In this document: piece after piece, positions 17,124-25,001 of the stretch
Layout of the letters: each line of letters begins with the position of its first letter
Position numbering within the stretch: position 1 is the first letter of the stretch
Assembly (NCBI GenBank): GCA_964465455.1
Contig: CAYXJM010000001.1
Location: forward strand, 1-27,184
Direction of reading: 5' to 3'
DNA from: an uncultured Klebsiella sp.
GTDB lineage: Bacteria > Pseudomonadota > Gammaproteobacteria > Pseudomonadales > UBA5518
DNA: 27,184 nucleotides
The notes under the pieces: model-generated
Told to the model about the DNA's origin: nothing
Seen by the model: only the letters and a program-made list of their open reading frames with translations
Databases searched by the model: none
Made by a program: the position numbers and the translations under genes

Positions 17124-18863
17124 ATGACCAGCAGACCCGATACCGCATCCCGCCGGCGCATCCTGAAGGGCGCGGCCCTGACGCTCGGCGCCGGGGCGCT
17201 CGCCTCGGGGCCCGCGCGTGCCGCCGAGCAGCACTGGGACCACGAGGCGGACATCGTCGCCGTGGGCAGCGGGCTCGGCGCCGCGACAGCCGCGGTGACG
17301 GCGCGCCAGAACGGCGACAGCGCGATCCTCCTCGAGAAGCTCCCGTTCTTCGGCGGGACCTCGGCCAAGACCGTCGGCGTGATCTGGTGCCCGAACAATT
17401 TCACGCTGCGCGCCAAGGGCATCGACGACCGCAGGGAAGATGCGCTGCGCTACATGGCGCGCTACTCCTACCCCGAGCTCTATTCGGCCGAAGCGCCGCG
17501 GCTGGGGCTCGGCGAGCACGCCTACGCGATGCTCGAGGCCTTCTACGACAACGCCGCGCGCGCCACCGAGAGCCTGCGCGACTCGGGCGCGCTGAAGCTC
17601 GCCGAATGGCGCATGTTCCACCTCGACCGCTCGGCGACCGACTACCTCGACAACGTGCCCGAGAACCGCGTCCCGACCGGCCGCGCCCTCGGCACGCTCG
17701 GCGCCGACGGCAAGCTCGGCACCGGGCGCGACATGATGGAGCAGATGGCCGCGGCGCTGAAGGCCCGCGACGTCCCCGTGCTGCTCGGTCACCGCGCCAC
17801 GAAGCTGGTGCGCAACGACGCCGGGCGCGTGATCGGCCTGGAAGCCGACAGCAACGGCAAGACCGTGCGGATCCGCGCCCGCAAGGGCGTGGTGTTCGGC
17901 ACCGGCGGATTCGCGCACAACCTCAACGCGATAGCGAACTACCAGCGCAACTCCCTGTACGGTTCCTGCGCCCTGCCCGGCGCGACCGGAGACTTCATCG
18001 ACATCGCGGGCGCCATCGGGGCCCGTCTCGGCCAGCTCGCCGGCGCGTGGCGCTGCCAGGTGGTGCTGGAGGAGGCCCTGCAGAGCCGCGCGCTGGCCGC
18101 AGGCGTGTTCTTCCCGCCGGGCGACTCGGTGCTGCAGGTCAACCGCTACGGCGTGCGCGCCGTCAACGAGACGCGCAACTACAACGACCGCGGCGAGATC
18201 CACGGCACGTTCGATCCGACGCGCGCCGAGTATCCGAACCAGCTGCTGTTCATGATCTACGACCAGCGCACGGCGGAGGCCTACGCGGGAATCTACCCCC
18301 TCCCGGCCAGGCCCGGGGCAGCGCCCTACGTGCTCTCGGCACCGACGCTGGAGGATCTCGGCAAGAACATCGCGGCGCGGCTGCAGACACTCGCCGCGAA
18401 GACGGGGGACTTCACGCTCGACGCGGCGTTCGCGAAGAACCTCGCCGACACGGTGAAACGCTTCAACGGCTTTGCGCGCAGCGGCAAGGACGGGGACTTC
18501 GGTCGCGGCGCGGCGGCATACGACAGCGAGTGGCACCAGGCCTTCTCGCCGATGCGCAAGGACAGCCCGTGGCCGCCCAACCCCATGCCCAGCATCACGA
18601 TGCACCCGCTGCGCGACGAGGGCCCCTACTACGCCACGATCCTCGCCGCCGGCGCGCTCGACACCAACGGCGGACCGGTGATCGATGCGCGCGCGCGGGT
18701 GCTGGACACCGCCGACCGTCCGATCGAAGGGCTGTTCGGGACCGGCAACTGCGTGGCCAGCCCCTCGGGCCGGGCCTACTGGGGGGCCGGGCATCCGCTG
18801 GGGATCTCGCTCACCTTCGGCTATATCGCGGCCAACACCGCCCACGAGAACGCGCGGGTCTGA
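17124..18863 (+). CDS. Tat-exported FAD-dependent oxidoreductase, 3-ketosteroid Delta1-dehydrogenase / flavocytochrome c flavin-subunit family (579 aa)
   Basis: ATG 17124 with AAGGAG RBS. Tat signal SRRRILKG...ARA, FAD motif VAVGSGLGA, LEK...GGTSAKTVGVIWCPNN, GTGGFAHN, TNGGPVIDARARVLD...IEGLFGTGN and C-terminal YWGAG.PLG..LTFGY (KstD-like YxGxG). Confidence 0.85.
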   Translation: MTSRPDTASRRRILKGAALTLGAGALASGPARAAEQHWDHEADIVAVGSGLGAATAAVTARQNGDSAILLEKLPFFGGTSAKTVGVIWCPNNFTLRAKGIDDRREDALRYMARYSYPELYSAEAPRLGLGEHAYAMLEAFYDNAARATESLRDSGALKLAEWRMFHLDRSATDYLDNVPENRVPTGRALGTLGADGKLGTGRDMMEQMAAALKARDVPVLLGHRATKLVRNDAGRVIGLEADSNGKTVRIRARKGVVFGTGGFAHNLNAIANYQRNSLYGSCALPGATGDFIDIAGAIGARLGQLAGAWRCQVVLEEALQSRALAAGVFFPPGDSVLQVNRYGVRAVNETRNYNDRGEIHGTFDPTRAEYPNQLLFMIYDQRTAEAYAGIYPLPARPGAAPYVLSAPTLEDLGKNIAARLQTLAAKTGDFTLDAAFAKNLADTVKRFNGFARSGKDGDFGRGAAAYDSEWHQAFSPMRKDSPWPPNPMPSITMHPLRDEGPYYATILAAGALDTNGGPVIDARARVLDTADRPIEGLFGTGNCVASPSGRAYWGAGHPLGISLTFGYIAANTAHENARV

Positions 18864-18867
18864 GCCT

Positions 18868-19260
18868 ATGCACGCTATCCGGCGCCTCCTCCTGGCGGGT
18901 CTGGTCCCGGCGCTTTGCGCGCCCGGCCTGCATGCCGCGGACACGAGTTTCAGCCAGCAGGTGCTGCCGCTGCTGAACAGCCACTGCGTCATCTGTCACA
19001 TGCCGGGCGCCGCGCAGGCGGAGCTCAGCCTCTACCCCGATGCCTGGGCGGCGCTGGTGAACCAGCCCTCCACCCAGAGCGCGTTGCCGCGCGTCAAGCC
19101 CGGTGATCCCGACGGCAGCTATCTCTACCGCAAGCTCGCCGGCACCCATCTCGACGCCGGCGGCAGCGGCGAACCCATGCCGTTCCAGCGCGAGCAGCTG
19201 GCGCCGGCCGACCTCGCGCTGGTCCGCGACTGGATCGCGGCGGGCGCGCCGAACAACTGA
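18868..19260 (+). CDS. Small periplasmic monoheme cytochrome c (Planctomycete cytochrome C-like, 130 aa)
   Basis: ATG 4 nt after the flavoprotein stop. Signal peptide, SFSQQVLPLLNSHCVICH heme motif, VKPGDPDGSYLYRKL, candidate axial Met in EPMP, and LVRDWIAAGA. Confidence 0.8.
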   Translation: MHAIRRLLLAGLVPALCAPGLHAADTSFSQQVLPLLNSHCVICHMPGAAQAELSLYPDAWAALVNQPSTQSALPRVKPGDPDGSYLYRKLAGTHLDAGGSGEPMPFQREQLAPADLALVRDWIAAGAPNN

Positions 19261-19274
19261 AGAGGAGATCCCCG

Positions 19275-19754
19275 ATGAGCAACACCGACGACCTGGTCCG
19301 CTCGCTGCTGGCGCGCGTGGACGAACTCGAGAGCCGCAGCGCGATCCGCGACCTCGTGAGCGATTACTGCCTCGGCTTCGACAACCACGACTGGGAGCGC
19401 TTCGTCGCGATCTGGCACGAGGATGCGGTGTGGGAGATCGGGCCTCCCTTCGGCACTTTCCACGGGCACGCGGGCATCCGCAAGGCCGTCTTCGAGATCC
19501 TCTACCCGTTCTGGCGCGAATCGCATCACCTGTCGACGAACCTGCGCATCGCGTTCAGCGACGCGGACCACGCGCACAGCGTCTGCAACGTCGACTGCAT
19601 GGGCGCCTCGGTAGAGGACGTCGTGCAGATGGTCGGCGCCACCTACACCGACGATCTCGAGCGCCGTGACGGGGTGTGGAAGATCGCGAAGCGCACGGTC
19701 ACGATCCACTACTTCAACCCCATGCCCGGCCTCGTCATGAGCGCACCGGGCTGA
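19275..19754 (+). CDS. NTF2-like lyase, LinA/BaiE-like dehydratase or dehydrochlorinase homolog (159 aa)
   Basis: GAGGAG RBS. SRSAIRDLVSDY...D36...IWHEDAVW...GT..G..G...LYP...ESHH85.TNLR...TD..ERRDGVWKIAKR140...YFNPMPG aligns by eye with LinA along its length. Confidence 0.85.
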   Translation: MSNTDDLVRSLLARVDELESRSAIRDLVSDYCLGFDNHDWERFVAIWHEDAVWEIGPPFGTFHGHAGIRKAVFEILYPFWRESHHLSTNLRIAFSDADHAHSVCNVDCMGASVEDVVQMVGATYTDDLERRDGVWKIAKRTVTIHYFNPMPGLVMSAPG

Positions 19755-19766
19755 GGGCCGCGGGAC

Positions 19767-20756
19767 ATGGACGCGCGCACGGACTGGCTCGCCCGCGGCG
19801 CCGAGGCCGCTCTCGATCCGGAATTGCCCATCTGCGATCCGCACCATCACCTGTGGATCTATCCGGACAACCGCTACCTGCTCGCGGAGTTCCTCGCCGA
19901 CGCCGGCGGCGGCCACCGCATCGAGCGCACGGTGCACGTCGAGTGTGCCATGTTCTACCGCGACGGAGGCGCCGAGGAGCTGCGCCCGGTCGGCGAGACC
20001 GAGCGCGTGCACCAGCTCACCGAGGCGACGCAGGCGACGTCGACGCGCGTCGCTGCCGGCATCGTGGGACTCGCGGACCTGCGCCTCGGCGCTGCCGTCG
20101 CACCGGTGCTCGCGGCGCACCGCGCGGCAAGTCCGCGCTTTCGCGGCGTGCGTTTCGGCACCGCGCGCGACGACAGCGCGCAGTTGCACCCCTCTCACAC
20201 CAGGCCGGCGGCGCTGCTGATGCAGCAGGCAGACTTCCGCGCCGGCCTGCGCTGCGTGGCCGAGGCGCGCCTCGTCTTCGACGCGTGGATGTATTTCAGC
20301 CAGCTGCCCGAGCTGCACGAGATGGCGCGTGCACTGCCGGAGCTGCGCATCGTGCTCGACCATGCCGGGGGGCCGGTCGGCATCGGTGCCTACGCGGGAC
20401 GCCGGCAGGAAGTCTTCGCCGCCTGGCACGCGCACATGCGCTCACTCGCGGAGTTGCCGAACGTGATGGTGAAACTGGGCGGGCTCACGATGACCATGGC
20501 CGGCTTCGGCTGGCACAAGCTGCCCGAGCCACCGTCCTCGACGACCCTCGCCGAGGCCATGCGCCCCTACTTCCTTGCCTGCATCGAGCTGTTCGGCGTG
20601 CAGCGCTGCATGTTCGAGAGCAACTTTCCGATGGACCGCGTGTCCTGCTCCTACACCGTGCTGTGGAACGCCTTCAAGCGCGTCACGGAGGGCTTCAGCG
20701 ACGACGAGCGGCGCGCCCTGTTCCACGACAACGCGGTGCGCGCCTACGCGCTGTGA
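19767..20756 (+). CDS. Amidohydrolase family 2 protein, possible lactonase (329 aa)
   Basis: ICDPHHHLW metal-site motif, FRGVR, VFDAW, IVLDHAGGP, NVMVKLGG and RCMFESNFPMD. Confidence 0.88.
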   Translation: MDARTDWLARGAEAALDPELPICDPHHHLWIYPDNRYLLAEFLADAGGGHRIERTVHVECAMFYRDGGAEELRPVGETERVHQLTEATQATSTRVAAGIVGLADLRLGAAVAPVLAAHRAASPRFRGVRFGTARDDSAQLHPSHTRPAALLMQQADFRAGLRCVAEARLVFDAWMYFSQLPELHEMARALPELRIVLDHAGGPVGIGAYAGRRQEVFAAWHAHMRSLAELPNVMVKLGGLTMTMAGFGWHKLPEPPSSTTLAEAMRPYFLACIELFGVQRCMFESNFPMDRVSCSYTVLWNAFKRVTEGFSDDERRALFHDNAVRAYAL

Positions 20757-20771
20757 GCCCGCGCGGCCCCG

Positions 20772-21566
20772 TCAGCGGCCCATGAACGCCTGCAGCGCCG
20801 CCGCGTGCTGCTCGCTGGTGTGGCACAGGCTCTGCTGGCTGGCGCAGTAGTCGAGGAAATCGCCGAGCTCGAGGCGCTGCCCGGCCCACAGCAACCGCTT
20901 GGCGATGCGCAGCGCCTCGCGCGGCTTGCCGGCGAACTGCGCCGCCAGCTCGTGCGCCCGCGCGAGCAGGCCCTCCGGCTCCACCGTTTCCATGAACAGC
21001 CCGAGCGCCAGCGCCTCCGCGGCCGACACGATGCGGCCGGAGAACATCAGCTCGGCGGCGCGCTGGATTCCGATCAGCCGCGGCAGGAACCACGCGCCGC
21101 CGTCGCCGGGAATGATGCCGAGGTTCACGAAGGTCGAGCCGACTTTCGCCTGCGTCGAGCCGATACGGATGTCGCACATGCAGCACAGGTCCAGGCCGGC
21201 GCCGATCGCCGGTCCGTTCACGGCCGCTATGGCGGGCACCTCGAGGCGGTACATCGCGAGCGTCATCCGCTGGATGCCGCGCCGGTAGCCGTCCTGCACC
21301 TCGATCGGCGTGCCACCGAACATGCCGCGGCGCTCGCGCATCTCGGCGACGTTGCCGCCGGAGGAAAAGGCCTTGCCTGCCCCCGTCAGCACCAGCGCTC
21401 CGACCGCGTGGTTGCGGTTGATCCAGTCGCAGGTGTTCACGATGTCCGCTATCAGGTGCGTGCCCGTGAGCGCGTTGCGCAGGTCGTCGCGCGCGAGCAC
21501 GAGGGTCGCGACCCCGGCGTCGTCGAGCGAGAGTCGCGCATCCCCGAGTTCCGGCATCGCAATCAT
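20772..21566 (-). CDS. Crotonase / enoyl-CoA hydratase-isomerase superfamily protein (264 aa)
   Basis: Start ATG 21566 after GAGGGGG. Oxyanion-hole motifs FSSGGNV and AAVNGPAIGAGLD, then LGIIPGDGGAWFLPRLIG. Confidence 0.9.
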   Translation of the reverse strand: MIAMPELGDARLSLDDAGVATLVLARDDLRNALTGTHLIADIVNTCDWINRNHAVGALVLTGAGKAFSSGGNVAEMRERRGMFGGTPIEVQDGYRRGIQRMTLAMYRLEVPAIAAVNGPAIGAGLDLCCMCDIRIGSTQAKVGSTFVNLGIIPGDGGAWFLPRLIGIQRAAELMFSGRIVSAAEALALGLFMETVEPEGLLARAHELAAQFAGKPREALRIAKRLLWAGQRLELGDFLDYCASQQSLCHTSEQHAAALQAFMGR

Positions 21567-21580
21567 CGCTGTTTCCCCCC

Positions 21581-22609
21581 TCAGCCGGTTATCCTGGGCC
21601 ACAACGCCCCCGCGCCGGCGCGCGCCACCTCGCGCCCGAGCCGGCCCGCCCAGTAGCGGTCGTTGCCGAATTCCGAGCGCCACGCCCACAAGCGCTGCGT
21701 GAAGTGGTGCAGGGCATGCTCGCGCGTGAAGCCGATGGCACCGTGCAACTGGTGCGCGATCGACGTCGCCTGGTGCACCGCACGGTTGGCGCGCAGCTTC
21801 GCGCAGGCAATCGCGAGTTCCGTATCGCCCGCGGTGTCCAGCGAGAGGCAGGCCGCACCCGCGGCGCAGGACACCGCCGCCGTCTCCTCGGCCAGCAGCG
21901 CCAGCTGGTGCTGGATGACCTGGAACTTCGCCAGCGCGCGGCCGAACTGCACGCGATCGTTCGCGTGCGCGGTCGTCAGCGCGAGCGCGCCGGCCAGCGC
22001 GCCGCCCGCCTGCGTGGCCCGCAGCAGCGCGCCGCGCATCAGCAGCGTGTCGCAGGCGTTTTCGCGGCGGCACGACGCGACCAGCGCCGACCCGTCGAGC
22101 TCGAGGTCGGCGCGGGCTTCCGCGCCCACGCCATCACGGCGCCGGCAGTGTCGCGCGGCGCTGCTGTCGTAAAGCGCGAGGTACTCGGCGCCTTCGTGCG
22201 CGAACGCGGTGAGCACGCAGGCCTCGCCGCTGCCCCACGGGACGTTGCGCAGTTCGACGCGCAGCCCCGAGCCCTGCGCCTGCACCGCGCTGCAGCCGGC
22301 CAGGGTGATCGGCGCCTCGGGCACCGCGATGCCCGTGTCCTGCAGCAGCTGTCGCGCCAGCATCGTCTCGGCCACCGGCAGCGCGAGGGCGTGTTCTCCG
22401 GCGGCGTGCATCAGGATGCGCGCGTCCTGCCAGCTCCCCCCGAAGCCGCCCGCCCCCTCGGGCAGCAGCAGGTCGCACAGCGCGAGCTCGCGGACCCGCT
22501 CCCAGCCGGCGCCGAAATCGGGGCGTGCCCCGTGGCCCCGCTCGTGCGCCGCCAGGTCGGGAAACAGTCGCTCGATCGTGTCGGTCAGCATCCGCTGCTG
22601 TTCGTTCAT
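21581..22609 (-). CDS. Acyl-CoA dehydrogenase, short non-catalytic-type subunit (342 aa)
   Basis: DRVQFGRALAKFQVIQH and AHQLHGAIGFTREH; shortened N-terminal/middle region; ATGA overlap with the upstream ACAD. Confidence 0.88.
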   Translation of the reverse strand: MNEQQRMLTDTIERLFPDLAAHERGHGARPDFGAGWERVRELALCDLLLPEGAGGFGGSWQDARILMHAAGEHALALPVAETMLARQLLQDTGIAVPEAPITLAGCSAVQAQGSGLRVELRNVPWGSGEACVLTAFAHEGAEYLALYDSSAARHCRRRDGVGAEARADLELDGSALVASCRRENACDTLLMRGALLRATQAGGALAGALALTTAHANDRVQFGRALAKFQVIQHQLALLAEETAAVSCAAGAACLSLDTAGDTELAIACAKLRANRAVHQATSIAHQLHGAIGFTREHALHHFTQRLWAWRSEFGNDRYWAGRLGREVARAGAGALWPRITG

Positions 22610-23754
22610 CGCAGTCCGAGCCCCTTGGCAATGATGCCGCGCAGGATTTCACGCGTGCCGCCGCGCAGCGAGAAGGAAGGCGACGCGCGCAGCAGGTAGT
22701 CGAGCGCGTCCTGCAGCGCCCCGTCTCCGGCGGCCGCGAGCTCCGGATCGATCGCGGCCTGCACCAGCGGCGGGATGTCCTGTTCGAAGCGCGCGCCGAG
22801 GTCCTTCACGATCGCCGCCTCCAGCGCGGGCAGCGCGCCCCGCGCCAGCTGCCCGGTCACCGAGAGCGACATCTGGCGCAGCGTCCAGAGCTCCGCCGTC
22901 AGCGTGCCGATCAGCGCGGCGATCTCGGGCTCGGGTGCGGGGCCGACCGCCGCGACGAGCTCCTCGAGCAGGCGATAGCTGCTCAGGTAACGCTCCGGCC
23001 CGCTGCGCTCGAGCGCGAGCTCGGCGTTGACCTGTGCCCAGCCCTCGCCTTCGGTGCCGAGCAGCATTTCCTCCGGCACGAAGACATCGTTGAAGAACAC
23101 CTCGCCGAAATGCGCGGCACCGGTGTGATCGACCACGGGGCGCACGGTGACGCCCGGGCTCGCCAGTTCGACGATGAACTGGCTGAGCCCCGCGTGCCGG
23201 CTGTCCTCCTCGCGGCTCGTGCGCACGAGGGCGATCATCAGCTGCGCCCTGTCCGCGTTCGTGGTCCAGAGCTTCGAGCCGTTGATCTTCCATCCGCCCT
23301 CGACGCGCGTCGCGCGCGTGCGGATCGACGCGAGGTCGGAACCGGAGTTGGGCTCGCTCATGCCGATGCAGCAGAACAACTCGCCGCGCGTCATCGCGGG
23401 CAGGTAGCGCCGGCGCACCTCCTCGCGGGCGTAGCGCAGCAACAGCGCCCCGCTCTGGCGGTCGGCGATCCAGTGCGCCGCCACCGGGGCGCCCGCCGCC
23501 AGCAGTTCCTCGAGCAGCACGTAGCGCTCCAGCACGCCGCGCTCCTGGCCGCCGTATTCGCGCGGCCACGTCATCCCGATCCAGCCCCGTTCACCGAGCT
23601 TCCGGCTGAACTCCGCATCGAACCCGGTCCACGTCTGCGCCTTCTGCCGCGCGCCCAGTCCCGCCAGTTCCTCGCGCAGGAAGGCGCGGACCTCCTGCCG
23701 CAGGGCCGCCGTTTCGGGCGGCAGTTCGAGCGCTTCGAAATTGATGATGTTCAC
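22606..23754 (-). CDS. Acyl-CoA dehydrogenase, catalytic-type subunit (382 aa)
   Basis: GWIGMTWPREYGG, CIGMSEPNSGSDLAS, INGSKLWTT, FGEVFFNDVFVP, candidate catalytic Glu in LALERS, and C-terminal SLRGGTREIL. Confidence 0.92.
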   Translation of the reverse strand: MNIINFEALELPPETAALRQEVRAFLREELAGLGARQKAQTWTGFDAEFSRKLGERGWIGMTWPREYGGQERGVLERYVLLEELLAAGAPVAAHWIADRQSGALLLRYAREEVRRRYLPAMTRGELFCCIGMSEPNSGSDLASIRTRATRVEGGWKINGSKLWTTNADRAQLMIALVRTSREEDSRHAGLSQFIVELASPGVTVRPVVDHTGAAHFGEVFFNDVFVPEEMLLGTEGEGWAQVNAELALERSGPERYLSSYRLLEELVAAVGPAPEPEIAALIGTLTAELWTLRQMSLSVTGQLARGALPALEAAIVKDLGARFEQDIPPLVQAAIDPELAAAGDGALQDALDYLLRASPSFSLRGGTREILRGIIAKGLGLR

Positions 23755-23762
23755 GGTGGTCC

Positions 23763-24974
23763 TCAGCGGTCCAGGTCGTGGCGGCCGATGATCGCCACGC
23801 TGCAGACATTACGGTTGGGGAATCCTCCCAGATTGTGCGTGAGCCCCAGCCGCGGCGCGGGAAGCTGGCGCTCGCCGGCGCGCCCGTGGATCTGCAGGTA
23901 GATCTCGTAGACCATGCGCAGGCCCGAGGCCCCGAGCGGGTGTCCGAAGCACTTCAGCCCGCCGTCGACGTTGCAGGGCACTTTCCCGCCGCGGTCGAAC
24001 TTGCCGTCGAGCACGTCCCGCCAGCCGTGGCCGACCTCCGAGAGGCCGAGATCCTCCATCGTGATCAGTTCCGTGATCGAGAAGCAGTCGTGCACCTCGA
24101 CGAGGTCCAGTTCCTCGACGGGGTCCGCGATGCCGGCCTCGCGGTAGGCGCGTCCGGAGGCCAGTCGCGCGGTCACCGCGTGGCTGCCGTCCCAGGTGTC
24201 GTGGAACATTTCCGCGCCGTTGCTCAGCGCGAGCTGCATCGCCTTGACCGTGACCAGGTCCTCACCCTTGCCGAGGCGGCGGGCGATCTCGGGGGTGGTA
24301 ACGATCGCGCAGGCCGCTCCGTCGCTCACGCCGCAGCAGTCGAAGAGCCCGAGCGGCCAGGCTATCATCGGCGCCTTCAGCATCTTCTCCTTCGGCACGC
24401 GGCTGCGCAGGTGCGCCTTCGGGTTGAGCGCGCCGTTCTCGTGGCTCTTCCACGACACGTGCGCCATCGCGTCCTTCAGGGTCTCGAGCGGCACACCGTG
24501 GTTGTGCGCGTAGGCGATGCACATCTGCGCAAAGGAGCCCGGCGCGGTCACGCCCGGCAGCCACAGGTCCTCGAAGGTGCCCATCGGGCGCGGCGGCAGG
24601 CCGCCGAAGCCGGTGTCCTTCAGCTTCTCCACGCCCATCGCGAGCGCGATGTCGCAGGCACCGGCGGCCACCGCGTAGACCGCGCCGCGCAGCGCCTCGG
24701 ATCCGGTCGCGCACAGGTTCTCCACCCGCGTCACCGGCACGTTGGCGAGCCGCAGGGTCTGCGACAGCGAGAGCGCCGATTTGCTGAGGCTGTGCTCGTC
24801 GTAGCACAGCCCGAGCCACGCCGCCTCGATCTGCGGCGTCTCGATGCCGGCATCGGCGAGGCACTCGGTATAGGCCTCGAGGATCAGGTCGTCCGCGCCG
24901 CAGTCCCAGCGTTCGCCGAAGCGGCTGCAGCCCATGCCGATGATCGCCACCTTGTCCTTGATGCCCGTTGCCAT
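23763..24974 (-). CDS. SCP2/SCP-x-type thiolase (403 aa)
   Basis: ENLC88ATG nucleophile loop, EVHDCF (SCP2-type), GGLKCFGHPLGASG and CCGVSDGAAC. Confidence 0.9.
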   Translation of the reverse strand: MATGIKDKVAIIGMGCSRFGERWDCGADDLILEAYTECLADAGIETPQIEAAWLGLCYDEHSLSKSALSLSQTLRLANVPVTRVENLCATGSEALRGAVYAVAAGACDIALAMGVEKLKDTGFGGLPPRPMGTFEDLWLPGVTAPGSFAQMCIAYAHNHGVPLETLKDAMAHVSWKSHENGALNPKAHLRSRVPKEKMLKAPMIAWPLGLFDCCGVSDGAACAIVTTPEIARRLGKGEDLVTVKAMQLALSNGAEMFHDTWDGSHAVTARLASGRAYREAGIADPVEELDLVEVHDCFSITELITMEDLGLSEVGHGWRDVLDGKFDRGGKVPCNVDGGLKCFGHPLGASGLRMVYEIYLQIHGRAGERQLPAPRLGLTHNLGGFPNRNVCSVAIIGRHDLDR

Positions 24975-25001
24975 GCTGCTGTCCTTCTCTCGCGAAACGC
25001 C

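Noticed and set aside
10915-19754. Interpretation as a true lindane (lin) degradation cluster (LinA-like plus an SDR as LinC)
   Set aside because: No LinB haloalkane dehalogenase, LinD/LinE or IS6100 is present, LinA K20 is not conserved, and the SDR similarity is generic.
13989-20435. Long minus-strand ORFs 13989-16562, 17001-18992 and 19125-20435
   Set aside because: Shadow ORFs opposite TBDR 2, the flavoprotein and the amidohydrolase.
17074-20771. GGGCCGCG(G) just after several stop codons (17074, 19755, and reverse strand near 20761-20769)
   Set aside because: Too short and GC-only to be significant in about 70% GC DNA.
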